Shown here piece after piece: positions 1 through 12,803 of a stretch of 64,000 nucleotides of DNA. The stretch is from Nemertoderma westbladi (Eukaryota; Animalia; Xenacoelomorpha): the NCBI GenBank assembly GCA_032718475.1, contig JAUCBJ010007134.1:4242-68241 (forward strand), given 5' to 3'. Position 1 is the first letter of the stretch, and each line of letters opens with the position of its first letter. Below the pieces are notes generated by a model, which made no database searches, was not told the DNA's origin, and was given only the letters and a program-made list of their open reading frames with translations. The position numbers and the translations under genes were made by a program.

Positions 1-2975
1 ATTCTCTCACTTCATTCTCTCACTTCATTCTCTCACTTCATTCTCTCACTTCATTCTCTCACTTCATTCTCTCACTTCATTCTCTCACTTCATTCTCTCA
101 CTTCATTCTCTCACTTCATTCTCTCACTTCATTCTCTCACTTCATTCTCTCACTTCATTCTCTCACTTCATTCTCTCACTTCATTCTCTCACTTCATTCT
201 CTCACTTCATTCTCTCACTTCATTCTCTCACTTCATTCTCTCACTTCATTCTCTCACTTCATTCTCTCACTTCATTCTCTCACTTCATTCTCTCACTTCA
301 TTCTCTCACTTCATTCTCTCACTTCATTCTCTCACTTCATTCTCTCACTTCATTCTCTCACTTCATTCTCTCACTTCATTCTCTCACTTCATTCTCTCAC
401 TTCATTCTCTCACTTCATTCTCTCACTTCATTCTCTCACTTCATTCTCTCACTTCATTCTCTCACTTCATTCTCTCACTTCATTCTCTCACTTCATTCTC
501 TCACTTCATTCTCTCACTTCATTCTCTCACTTCATTCTCTCACTTCATTCTCTCACTTCATTCTCTCACTTCATTCTCTCACTTCATTCTCTCACTTCAT
601 TCTCTCACTTCATTCTCTCACTTCATTCTCTCACTTCATTCTCTCACTTCATTCTCTCACTTCATTCTCTCACTTCATTCTCTCACTTCATTCTCTCACT
701 TCATTCTCTCACTTCATTCTCTCACTTCATTCTCTCACTTCATTCTCTCACTTCATTCTCTCACTTCATTCTCTCACTTCATTCTCTCACTTCATTCTCT
801 CACTTCATTCTCTCACTTCATTCTCTCACTTCATTCTCTCACTTCATTCTCTCACTTCATTCTCTCACTTCATTCTCTCACTTCATTCTCTCACTTCATT
901 CTCTCACTTCATTCTCTCACTTCATTCTCTCACTTCATTCTCTCACTTCATTCTCTCACTTCATTCTCTCACTTCATTCTCTCACTTCATTCTCTCACTT
1001 CATTCTCTCACTTCATTCTCTCACTTCATTCTCTCACTTCATTCTCTCACTTCATTCTCTCACTTCATTCTCTCACTTCATTCTCTCACTTCATTCTCTC
1101 ACTTCATTCTCTCACTTCATTCTCTCACTTCATTCTCTCACTTCATTCTCTCACTTCATTCTCTCACTTCATTCTCTCACTTCATTCTCTCACTTCATTC
1201 TCTCACTTCATTCTCTCACTTCATTCTCTCACTTCATTCTCTCACTTCATTCTCTCACTTCATTCTCTCACTTCATTCTCTCACTTCATTCTCTCACTTC
1301 ATTCTCTCACTTCATTCTCTCACTTCATTCTCTCACTTCATTCTCTCACTTCATTCTCTCACTTCATTCTCTCACTTCATTCTCTCACTTCATTCTCTCA
1401 CTTCATTCTCTCACTTCATTCTCTCACTTCATTCTCTCACTTCATTCTCTCACTTCATTCTCTCACTTCATTCTCTCACTTCATTCTCTCACTTCATTCT
1501 CTCACTTCATTCTCTCACTTCATTCTCTCACTTCATTCTCTCACTTCATTCTCTCACTTCATTCTCTCACTTCATTCTCTCACTTCATTCTCTCACTTCA
1601 TTCTCTCACTTCATTCTCTCACTTCATTCTCTCACTTCATTCTCTCACTTCATTCTCTCACTTCATTCTCTCACTTCATTCTCTCACTTCATTCTCTCAC
1701 TTCATTCTCTCACTTCATTCTCTCACTTCATTCTCTCACTTCATTCTCTCACTTCATTCTCTCACTTCATTCTCTCACTTCATTCTCTCACTTCATTCTC
1801 TCACTTCATTCTCTCACTTCATTCTCTCACTTCATTCTCTCACTTCATTCTCTCACTTCATTCTCTCACTTCATTCTCTCACTTCATTCTCTCACTTCAT
1901 TCTCTCACTTCATTCTCTCACTTCATTCTCTCACTTCATTCTCTCACTTCATTCTCTCACTTCATTCTCTCACTTCATTCTCTCACTTCATTCTCTCACT
2001 TCATTCTCTCACTTCATTCTCTCACTTCATTCTCTCACTTCATTCTCTCACTTCATTCTCTCACTTCATTCTCTCACTTCATTCTCTCACTTCATTCTCT
2101 CACTTCATTCTCTCACTTCATTCTCTCACTTCATTCTCTCACTTCATTCTCTCACTTCATTCTCTCACTTCATTCTCTCACTTCATTCTCTCACTTCATT
2201 CTCTCACTTCATTCTCTCACTTCATTCTCTCACTTCATTCTCTCACTTCATTCTCTCACTTCATTCTCTCACTTCATTCTCTCACTTCATTCTCTCACTT
2301 CATTCTCTCACTTCATTCTCTCACTTCATTCTCTCACTTCATTCTCTCACTTCATTCTCTCACTTCATTCTCTCACTTCATTCTCTCACTTCATTCTCTC
2401 ACTTCATTCTCTCACTTCATTCTCTCACTTCATTCTCTCACTTCATTCTCTCACTTCATTCTCTCACTTCATTCTCTCACTTCATTCTCTCACTTCATTC
2501 TCTCACTTCATTCTCTCACTTCATTCTCTCACTTCATTCTCTCACTTCATTCTCTCACTTCATTCTCTCACTTCATTCTCTCACTTCATTCTCTCACTTC
2601 ATTCTCTCACTTCATTCTCTCACTTCATTCTCTCACTTCATTCTCTCACTTCATTCTCTCACTTCATTCTCTCACTTCATTCTCTCACTTCATTCTCTCA
2701 CTTCATTCTCTCACTTCATTCTCTCACTTCATTCTCTCACTTCATTCTCTCACTTCATTCTCTCACTTCATTCTCTCACTTCATTCTCTCACTTCATTCT
2801 CTCACTTCATTCTCTCACTTCATTCTCTCACTTCATTCTCTCACTTCATTCTCTCACTTCATTCTCTCACTTCATTCTCTCACTTCATTCTCTCACTTCA
2901 TTCTCTCACTTCATTCTCTCACTTCATTCTCTCACTTTATTCTCTCACTTCGTTCTCTCACTTCGGTCTCTCATT
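1..2975. repeat. 13-bp tandem array (CATTCTCTCACTT)n, about 226 perfect units plus ~3 degenerate inner units; candidate telomeric array
   Basis: Runs from base 1 with no variant seen until ~2937, then CACTTTATT, CACTTCGTT, CACTTCGGT and unique sequence. The pyrimidine-rich strand is at the 5' end. The repeat is certain; the telomere role is inference. Confidence 0.95.
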
Positions 2976-3279
2976 TGTCGTCATGTTGTTGTGACAGTTT
3001 GCCGATATCTTGACAAAGGGAAGAAACTAAGTTCAACTCAGGGAAAATATAACTGGAATATATAATGGCAAACTTGTGCTCTAGTTAGTTTCCCATATAA
3101 TATGTTTGACAAAGCACGTTACAGTAACTTTATGTTGGTGTGAGGGTCCAGATTCCACATTGATTCTGATTTTAATTTCAAATTTTTCCCCGTATTATTT
3201 AATTCTTAAATGGAAGAACAAAAATATAAATCGTTTGAAAGAATAAGGTCGTGGTAATGTGGGGGGATACAAAATTAAT

Positions 3280-3592
3280 GAAGTGAAGGTCTCTCCCACA
3301 AACCGAAAAAACTGAAGTAATTACGATCTTTCTGCCTCAAGTATAGGCCATCTTCAGGTAAATATAATATTCGTGCTTCTGATATTTTTGTTTTAAATTC
3401 ATTGTATTTTCCTAGTTAAACATTTCTCTTTCATTAAAATTTTCCTAGTTATTTTGGTGGTAAATTTAAATCACTATTGTGGCTGTAACTGTAACCAGAA
3501 CCCTGATTGTAACATTCATTATTATATTTACCTGAAGAAGGCCTCTACTTGAGGCAGGTTTTTCTGTTTTTGGGAGAGACCTTCAATTCTTC
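3280..3592. repeat. ~70-bp imperfect inverted repeat pair containing a degenerate hammerhead-like motif, possibly Penelope-like pseudo-LTR remnants
   Basis: 3280-3368 is the approximate reverse complement of 3521-3592. The minus strand of the left arm reads CCTGAAGA-TGGCC-tatacttga-GGCA-GAAA-gatcgtaat. Confidence 0.5.
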
Positions 3593-4626
3593 AATAAAAA
3601 TATAAATATTGATAATTTATTTAAATATATTTTTAATATAATGTTGTCCTGTACATTGAATTTTGCTTCATATCTGCCGAACTGTTAGTGATTTAATTTC
3701 TCTAATACTATCATCTTTCTTTGTACTGTTTCTTATCTCTAATATTTACGATAATATTAACAATGTGATGCAAAGATATTTCCTTAACAGTTGAATAAAA
3801 CATAATTTATAAAATACAGCAGTTATTTAGGGATATATTATATGACGTAGGAGTGATTATATAAAAACAGTTGGTGATCTGAAATCCTTTTTCTTATGAT
3901 TGTGGGTTTTCCAACATAGTTGTGCAGTTGTTTCGGTCAGACTGACAAAAGGGACCGAGTCAAAGATTATTTCTGCATCGTCAAATTTTCAAGACCTATG
4001 ATTGAGCTTTTCTGACTTTTTTTTCTTTCTTCTCCTCAATAATTGAATAGCCTCAGTGGATAGTTCTCTTTATGTATTTTACGGATACTGTTTTAATCTT
4101 TTTAAACGATTTTATTGACGGATAATTACAATCAATTTTTACTCTTCATATTTAATCTCAAACATATAACATAACACTCAAGAATTTTAATCCGTTTTAT
4201 TTTTAGCTGCACTGTGTTGTTTGCAGAGCCCATTTCACTTGTAATAAGTATTTTCACAATTCACTGTTGATTTCAATACCGCTCACCGGCATTCCAATAC
4301 CGAATTGGGGTTCCTATCGAATTATGAATAATACAATATGTTAACCTTTCTTTCACAACAATAGCACGCCCTTAATTCGTCTTTTTACAATGTGATTTAA
4401 CTGTTAATGTTTGCTGTAAATTTTATTGATCGTATTGTCGGCTAGACCGAATTAAACAGTATTATTATTAGTTTCATGTCGTTTTCAACTTATAGGATAT
4501 TAAAAATAATTAAGAAAAACTATAGAGGTATTCGTAGCCAGCGTGTGCTTGGTAGTGGTTGAAAGTTATAACTCTTATATTTTTTGTTAATATGAATAAA
4601 TCTAGCTTTTTCTTAGGGCCATTCGC

Positions 4627-4796
4627 CCAATCACGTTCTCCTTGACTGCCCGCTGACACAACCAATCAGAGACCGTTACCCCAATCACGTTCTCCTTGAC
4701 TGCCCGCTGACACAACCAATCAGAGACCGTTACCCCAATCACGTTCTCCTTGACTGCCCGCTGACACAACCAATCAGAGACCGTTACCCCAATCAC
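4627..4796. repeat. 54-bp minisatellite, ~3 copies, CCAAT-rich
   Basis: CCAATCACGTTCTCCTTGACTGCCCGCTGACACAACCAATCAGAGACCGTTACC occurs three times in tandem. Confidence 0.92.
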
Positions 4797-5263
4797 AAAA
4801 AAAGTTTACATGTTTGTGTATGAAGTAATGAAGTATTAGATTTCTTTAAGTAAGTTATTTAAACATTATGCTACACATAATTTAGGATCCATTATAATAT
4901 TTTTATCACGAAATTTACGAAAAATGTATTGACAATTATGTTTTGGACAGTAAAAGTGAAACTATGTAATGTTACCGTGCCGTGTTTATGTTTATACTTA
5001 TTGATGTCGTTAATTATATTTTCTTATTGTGTTCAATATCTTACATTACTTTACTGCCAATGAACACTACTAGACCTACATGCTTGACCACATACTTGAC
5101 CTGCCTACCTATATCCTCTGGGGATAAGACTGCAAAATATACTGCAAATACGAAAAAATTGATGAAATTTTTTAATTTATTGAATAAGCCCTACATACCT
5201 TTAAATTCAGATGCACTATAAATTCTTGTTATAAAATTCGAATTAAATAATACACTTTTTAAA

Positions 5264-5530
5264 TTAAATTTTTATATGCGATTTCATTCCACACCGGTTT
5301 TGGCGTGGATTAACATATTGTCTCACGGGAAACGCTTTACAATTAAACGAAGCGCGATAAGCAATTAATTTGACCCGAAACGAGTACAACGGTAAGGAAT
5401 AGATTAAGGGATTAAATCTAATCTCATATTCCTCCGGGGTTATTCTGAAACAGATTTGTACGTTGAGTAGGGCCATGAGAGTTACAAATCCAACCAAATT
5501 GTTCAAAATATGTCCAATTTTATTCCACAG
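5264..5530 (-). pseudogene. possible C-terminal fragment of a class A GPCR
   Basis: A hydrophobic segment is followed by NPLIYS and SFR, resembling the TM7 NPxxY motif plus helix 8. Nothing else of a receptor is visible. Confidence 0.25.
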
Positions 5531-5566
5531 AATTGCATTTGTAATCGTTTATAACGGACGTCTTAC

Positions 5567-6900
5567 AGAGCCGGATCAAGCCTGGTGGGGGAGGGGGGGG
5601 GGGGGGGGGGGGCTGTGCACATGATTGGTGGGGACCCCTGATCGATCAGAGATAGAGAGATATATTTAGATTTAAACGATTATTATAATAAAACAAAGAA
5701 TAATACAAAAAAATAATCAAACCAGTATACGTATAGTACTTTATTTAGAAAACAACTTTACGAGCCTTGCGAGACGCACAGTCGTGTATAATATCATTAA
5801 AGTCCGTTTCTCTTAGAATGTCATAGTTTGATGACAAGCACACAAGGCTAGTTAGCCGCATCTGGCTCATTGTAGATCGAAGACGATTCAAAATTAATTT
5901 CAGTTTTGAAAACGAACGTTCTCCACTGCAGTTAGCAATCATGAGGACCAGGTACATTTGCAAAATAGTTGCGACGTTAGGAAATGAAGAGATCAAGTTA
6001 TTATGATACAACAGTCCATAATGGAAATTCTCAACTGAATTATTCTGTTCTTTGAAGTCAGCATTGTAAGACTTTGTGAACTGGCCAAACTGATGCACCT
6101 CCTCCGCAACAGTATTAGCGTCGTCAACATCCCGAGGAAACTCTGCAGTGAGGTTTTCAGCTTTGTGCTTTAGCTCCACTTTTGACATGTCCTGTAGAGT
6201 GCGCCAGAACCCAAACAATGAGGCCATATGTTGGTAGGCGGCCAGACGTTTCTTTAGTTCATCAGACAGAGAAATCCTTACAGGCTCGTATCTCGACCTG
6301 CGAAAGTTCTGCTGGACAACATTAGGTGTAGCAACAGATTCAGCCTGAGCCAGATCACGCTTTGCCATCTGATCGACTGCTGACTGTGGGTCACCAAGGC
6401 GGACGTTTGGTCGGCGGACACGATGAACACGATGCGCCTCTGCCTCAGTCACTCACACAAGCTCTGCACCTCGGCACTGGTAGTCCTCGAAAGATCGGGT
6501 GTTAAATTTGGAATCAACGAGACCTTGCAAGCCGTGCAGTGCAGCCACAGCTGTGTTAAGATCCATATGAGGATCCTACAAAAGTTTGTTTGTTTTGTTG
6601 AAACTTTGCAGCAATTCATTCAAAAATGCAGCATAAAACCCGAAATCAAAAGTCAACTGATCCTAGATTTCTGCTAAGTCCGACTGCCGTCTGACGTACC
6701 ACAGGCTTCTGATCGGCATTTGCAGTCATTTCGTTCAATATTGTTAACAAATCCACCATAGCCAGCCACAAGAACCTTAAGAGAGTCTGCACGGCATGAC
6801 CAACGGGTGTCACTGAGATCTTTGGGAGCCATTGGGACCAGTTGCTTAAGTCGCTCAAATCTAGTTGTAGAACCTGGTGTATAGGTGTATACTGCCTGTA
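5567..6900 (-). mobile_element. degenerate hAT-superfamily DNA transposon, 3' part of transposase
   Basis: ORF 5745-6452 ends in the hAT dimerisation domain (FPNVATILQMYLVLMIANCSGERSFSKLKLILNRLRSTMSQMRL). A frameshifted upstream piece has LSDTRWSCR. A hAT-like terminus CAGAGCCGGAT lies at ~5567. Confidence 0.85.
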
Positions 6901-7867
6901 CATACAGTACTAAAGAATGAGACTGCTGCAGTGCAGCACTCTGCAGCATTGCATTACAGCTGCGCATTGGGTAATCAGGCACTGACGTCTTATTAATCAA
7001 GATTGGAATTGATTCCTCAAATATGTTGAAGGAGGTGAAACAAAGGCAACTTGTATAATTTTCCTCTCTCTCTCGCAAGTTATTCACACTTGTAATAAGG
7101 CCAACACAAATATAAGTTTCTTAAATTTAGTTAATTGTTTTATTTCAGTTAATAATGATAATTTATTATTATCTTAAATATAAATAAAATTAATTTTTAA
7201 ATATTTTGTTAAAATTGTAATGCTACTACTTGTAATATGGTAATCTTAATAAATGTACTTTCATTTTGTGTATTTAATTTCAAATTCACATTTCTTATCG
7301 CGTAAAACTAATTATTCCGTCACAAAGTCGTCCCTATTACCAAAGGGATTAGGGGAATGTGGCGTGGCCACTTCTTACCGCAGCTAATTTCCCCGCACTA
7401 GACAAAACCCAGTCCACTTACTTGAAAGGAGTCCCCGCGGGCCGTAAAACAAGTTAAAAATAGCTAATCCAAGGACTACGCGACGGTGTAATCATGTAGT
7501 CAATTATATTAATGAATGAATGGCTTCTCTTATCGCCCCACAGGAGTTCTATTTCTAATAGATTTACACGATCTCTCCTCCTTCCTCACTGTCGGTGATG
7601 CTACTCTGTACCACTTACACAGTTGCCATGGCAATTACTATATCCTTATCGCACTGGGCCACCTCTGACAGACACCACTAGGGGGTACTTTGTTCCGTTC
7701 CGTTTCGTTCTGCTAATTGAGCATGGTTTGCTAGACGTTTGGAATTATTGCAAGATGATTTTTTGCGGTTTTATTTGCCAATTTTACTTCTGAGGTTTGG
7801 CAGTTAAATGTACAATTTTTTAGGAAAGTGTTTTTTTACTTTAATACCGGTTAATTCTTTTGTTTAG

Positions 7868-7971
7868 AATTCTCATTGCCGCCTGCGATACATTCCGAGC
7901 TGGTGCTGTAGAACAGCTGAGAACTCACGTACGCCATCTCAACGCACTCCATCCTGCCTCAGCACACCAAG
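7868..7971 (+). CDS. SRPRA: single internal exon of SRP receptor alpha subunit (GTPase domain)
   Basis: Bounded by TTTAG and GTGAGT. Translates ILIAACDTFRAGAVEQLRTHVRHLNALHPASAHQ, matching the animal SRalpha signature as I recall it (VLIAACDTFRAGAVEQLRTH..L.ALHP). Absent from the ORF track. Confidence 0.88.
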
Positions 7972-8275
7972 GTGAGTCTGATAATAAAAAGTAAAAAATA
8001 TAAGTCGTACTGTAAATAAATTATTAACGTGGTCGTTATTAATTAATAATTAAACGTAATCTTTTATGTAACAAAATTTATGTAGTTAATTTTTTTTTAA
8101 ATGTTAATTATGCACAAAATAACTAATTATGTTTAATTTGTTTCGTATTAAAGCACAATTCACCTCAGTTAGTGTTATTATATGATTCCATGTTTTTCCA
8201 TCAGACTTCATCGCTGAAATTCCATTATTTGTCATTCATAGAGTCTCAGATTATCTTTGCTCTAGACGAATAAAT

Positions 8276-9451
8276 TTATCGTTTTTTCTTAAACAAAATG
8301 TTTCTAAAGGCTTTGCGAAAGTCTCTATTGAATACTGTGTATATGATCGGGTTGAATGCCGAGTTCACGTAGCCCAACCAGAAAAAAAAGTCCATTAGCT
8401 CGGGAACTATGTTGCACGAGGGCCATAAGGTAACCACCGTGTAGGCCGTGAAAAACGGGAACCAACACACGAAGAATGTCCCCATGACGATGCCGAGGAC
8501 TATCGTCAGTCGGCGCTCGCGGGCCGCCGTCACGCTGTACCGTGTGTCCCGGGTCCGCGCGTGGGAGAGAACGATGGCGTTGCGAGTGGGCGACGCGAGG
8601 TTGTTGCCTTGCGACAACGACGACGGGGCGTAGTTACTAGCCAACGTCTCTGTCTGTTCTAACGAAGTCGACGATAAATAATGCGACTCGGAATCTTCGT
8701 CGTCGTGTTGATGGTTCGAGGTGACGGATTTGCCGATGAGTTTCATCGCGTTTGATACTCGACGACGTTTGTTCGCTTGGCGGTGTCGCTGCGCGGCGGT
8801 CCGTTTCCGGGCTTCTATGTAGATTTTGGTGTAGAGGGCGAGGAAGATGACGCAGGGCAAGTAGAAGCTAAAGATGACGCTGTAGTAGACGTAGTTGCCT
8901 TCGGGTAGCGGACAACTCTCGGAGGAATCTAGCGAAGTCTTCCACCCGAGGGCCGGAGGCACCGATATCGCCACCGAGAATAGCCAAACACCCGCGATAC
9001 TCATCGCGATCTTCTTTGAGGTTCTCTCGTACGCGGTTGGGTGAATCACGCTGAAGTAACGATCCAGACTAATAACGCACAGGTTCCATATACTGGCAGT
9101 GCAGGCCAACACGTCCACACCCAGCCAGACCTCGCACCAAATCTCGCCGAAGACCCAACAATGGAGGAGGTACTTCGCAGTGGTGAACGGGATGACCAGC
9201 AGACCTATCATAATGTCGGAGGTCGCCAGGGAAATTAACAGCCGGTTCTGCACGACCTTGAGCGCCCTGTCCGTAACTATGGCGACGCATACCATCACGT
9301 TTCCGAAGACTATAATCACCATGACTACCACGGCGCAAACAGCTATAGTTATGAATCTTAATCGGCCCCCTGAGTTATTCATGTGGTAGAATGTGCATAC
9401 ATCATCATCATTAGTGTGGCTTGTGTTTATGGCAGGAACCGCGCCTGACAT
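8276..9451 (-). CDS. ADRA2: intronless class A aminergic GPCR, alpha2-adrenergic / Octalpha2-type, 391 aa
   Basis: Seven TM segments; QNxxLISLAxxD in TM2; amine-binding Asp in DVLACTAS; DRY; TM5 serines (YSVIFSFYLP); RERRLT..GTFFVCWFPFFTAY; FFFWLGYVNSAFNPIIYTVFNRDFRKAF; short C-tail; N-terminal glycosylation sequons. The symbol is family-level only. Confidence 0.85.
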   Translation of the reverse strand: MSGAVPAINTSHTNDDDVCTFYHMNNSGGRLRFITIAVCAVVVMVIIVFGNVMVCVAIVTDRALKVVQNRLLISLATSDIMIGLLVIPFTTAKYLLHCWVFGEIWCEVWLGVDVLACTASIWNLCVISLDRYFSVIHPTAYERTSKKIAMSIAGVWLFSVAISVPPALGWKTSLDSSESCPLPEGNYVYYSVIFSFYLPCVIFLALYTKIYIEARKRTAAQRHRQANKRRRVSNAMKLIGKSVTSNHQHDDEDSESHYLSSTSLEQTETLASNYAPSSLSQGNNLASPTRNAIVLSHARTRDTRYSVTAARERRLTIVLGIVMGTFFVCWFPFFTAYTVVTLWPSCNIVPELMDFFFWLGYVNSAFNPIIYTVFNRDFRKAFRNILFKKKR

Positions 9452-9869
9452 ATTTCCTTTTGTTGTTTATCGTATGGTTTAAATATTTAACTAATAGTTT
9501 GTGACAGTAACTTTCCCTCACAAGATTGCGTCACACCGAGCCGTCAATAAGCGGTTGCCTTCGTTAATTCTGATACTTATTGACAAATAATTTGAGCGAA
9601 TATATCAGTAACAACTCCTGTAGTTTCCGTCTTCTTATTCAAATACAATATGAAAAATATTATTTTACAATTAATTGAACCAAAACTTAAATTTCGAGGT
9701 GAGGAATTAATTAGGGAAAGCTAGTATTTTATGAAGGTCATTTAACTGTAATTGGTAGGAAGTCCTCCATTAATAATAATATCTCACCTATTGAATAATT
9801 TATTCGATTATTTGCTTAGCTGCATCATCTTGTGTCTTTAATACGTCATCAGTAGTTCTAAGCGGGTAG

Positions 9870-12803
9870 TAGGAGCGGGATCCATAGTACATCTAGTGGA
9901 TGCGGGATCCATAGTACATCTAGTGGATGCGGGATCCATAGTACATCTAGTGGAAGCGGGATCCATAGTACATGTAATGGAAGTGGGATCCATAGTACAT
10001 GTATTAGAAGCGGGATCCATAGTACATGTATTAGAAGCGGGATCCATAGTACATGTAATGGAAGTGGGATCCATAGTACATGTAATGGAAGCGGGATCCA
10101 TAGTACATATAGTGGAAGCGGGATCCATAGTACATGTAATGGAAGCGGGATCCATAGTACATCTAGTGGAAGCGGGATCCATAGTACATGTAATGGAAGT
10201 GGGATCCATAGTACATGTAATGGAAGTGGGATCCATAGTACATCTAGTGGAAGCGGGATCCATAGTACATGTTGTGGAAGCGGGATCCATAGTACATGTA
10301 ATGGAAGTGGGATCCATAGTACATGTATTAGAAGCGGGATCCATAGTACATGTATTAGAAGCGGGATCCATAGTACATGTAATGGAAGTGGGATCCATAG
10401 TACATGTAATGGAAGCGGGATCCATAGTACATATAGTGGAAGCGGGATCCATAGTACATGTAATGGAAGCGGGATCCATAGTACATCTAGTGGAAGCGGG
10501 ATCCATAGTACATGTAATGGAAGTGGGATCCATAGTACATGTAATGGAAGTGGGATCCATAGTACATCTAGTGGAAGCGGGATCCATAGTACATGTTGTG
10601 GAAGCGGGATCCATAGTACATGTAATGGAAGTGGGATCCATAGTACATGTATTAGAAGCGGGATCCATAGTACATGTATTAGAAGCGAGATCCATAGTAC
10701 ATGTAGTGGAAGCGGGATCCATAGTACATGTAATGGAAGTGGGATCCATAGTACATGTAATGGAAGCGGGATCCATAGTACATATAGTGGAAGCGGGATC
10801 CATAGTACATGTAATGGAAGCGGGATCCATAGTACATCTAGTGGAAGCGGGATCCATAGTACATGTAATGGAAGTGGGATCCATTGTACATGTAATGGAA
10901 GCGGGATCCATAGTACATATAGTGGAAGCGGGATCCATAGCACATGTAATGGAAGTGGGATCCATAGTACATCTAGTGGAAGCGGGATCCATAGTACATG
11001 TAATGGAAGTGGGATCCATAGTACATGTAATGGAAGTGGGATCCATAGTACATGTAATGGAAGTGGGATCCATAGTACATCTAGTGGAAGCGGGATCCAT
11101 AGTACATGTAATGGAAGCGGGATCCATAGTACATGTAATGGAAGTGGGATCCATAGTACATGTATTAGAAGCGGGATCCATAGTACATGTAATGGAAGCG
11201 GGATCCATAGTACATCTAGTGGAAGCGGGATCCATAGTACATGTAATGGAAGTGGGATCCATAGTACATCTAGTGGAAGCGGGATCCATAGTACATGTAT
11301 TGGAAGCGGGATCCATAGTACATGTAATGGAAGCGGGATCCATTGTACAGTGGAAGTGGGATCCATAGTATATGTATTGGAAGCGGGATCCATAGTACAT
11401 GTAGTGGAAGTGGGATCCATAGTATATGTAATGGAAACGGGATCCATAGTACATGTAGTGGAAGTGGGATCCATAGTATATGTAATGGAAACGGGATCCA
11501 TAGTACATGTAGTGGAAGTGGGATCCATAGTACATGTAGTGGAAGTGGGATCCATAGTACATGTAGTGGAAGCGGGATCCATAGTACATGTATTGGAAGC
11601 GGGATCCATAGTACATATAGTGGAAGCGGGATCCATAGTACATGTAATGGAAGCGGGATCCATAGTACATCTAGTGGAAGCGGGATCCATAGTACATGTA
11701 ATGGAAGTGGGATCCATTGTACATGTAATGGAAGCGGGATCCATAGTACATATAGTGGAAGCGGGATCCATAGCACATGTAGTGGAAGCGGGATCCATAG
11801 TACATGTAGTGGAAGTGGGATCCATAGTATATATAGTGGAAGCGGGATCCATAGTACATGTAATGGAAGTGGGATCCATAGTATATATAATGGAAGCGGG
11901 ATCCATAGTACATGTAGTGGAAGTGGGATCCATAGTATATGTAATGGAAACGGGATCCATAGTACATGTAGTGGAAGCGGGATCCATAGTACATGTATTG
12001 GAAGCGGGATCCATAGTACATGTAGTGGAAGCGGGATCCATAGTACATGTATTGGAAGCGGGATCCATAGTACATGTAGTGGAAGTGGGATCCATAGTAC
12101 ATGTAATGGAAGCGGGATCCATAGTACATGTAATGGAAGCGGGATCCATAGTACATGTAGTGGAAGTGGGATCCATAGTATATGTAATGGAAACGGGATC
12201 CATAGTACATGTAGTGGAAGTGGGGTCCATAGTACATGTAGTGGAAGCGGGATCCATAGTACATGTAGTGGAAGTGGGATCCATAGTACATGTAGTGGAA
12301 GTGGGATCCATAGTACATGTAGTGGAAGCGGGATCCATAGTACATGTATTGGAAGCGGGATCCATAGTACATGTATTGGAAGCGGGATCCATAGTACATA
12401 TAATGGAAGCGGGATCCATAGTACATGTAATGGAAGCGGGATCCATAGTACATGTAGTGGAAGCGGGATCCATAGTACATGTAGTGGAAGTGGGATCCAT
12501 AGTAGATGTAGTGGAAGTGGGATCCATAGTACATGTAGTGGAAGCGAGATCCATAGTACATGTAGTGGAAGCGGGATCCATAGTACATGTAATGGAAGCG
12601 GGATCCATAGTATATGTAATGGAAGCGGGATCCATAGTACATGTAGTGGAAGCGGGATCCATAGTACATGTAATGGAAGCGGGATCCATAGTACATGTAA
12701 TGGAAGCGGGATCCATAGTACATGTAGTGGAAGCGGGATCCATAGTACATGTAGTGGAAGTGGGATCCATAGTATATGTGCATAGCACATGTAATGGAAG
12801 CGG
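9870..12803. repeat. 27-bp satellite (GAAGCGGGATCCATAGTACATGTAATG and variants), about 108 copies
   Basis: 27-bp periodicity with a GGATCC in nearly every unit. It explains the 9-aa repeat ORFs in several frames. Confidence 0.97.

Noticed and set aside
4602-4796. 64-aa ORF with an 18-aa repeat
   Set aside because: Translation of the 54-bp tandem repeat, with a non-ATG start.
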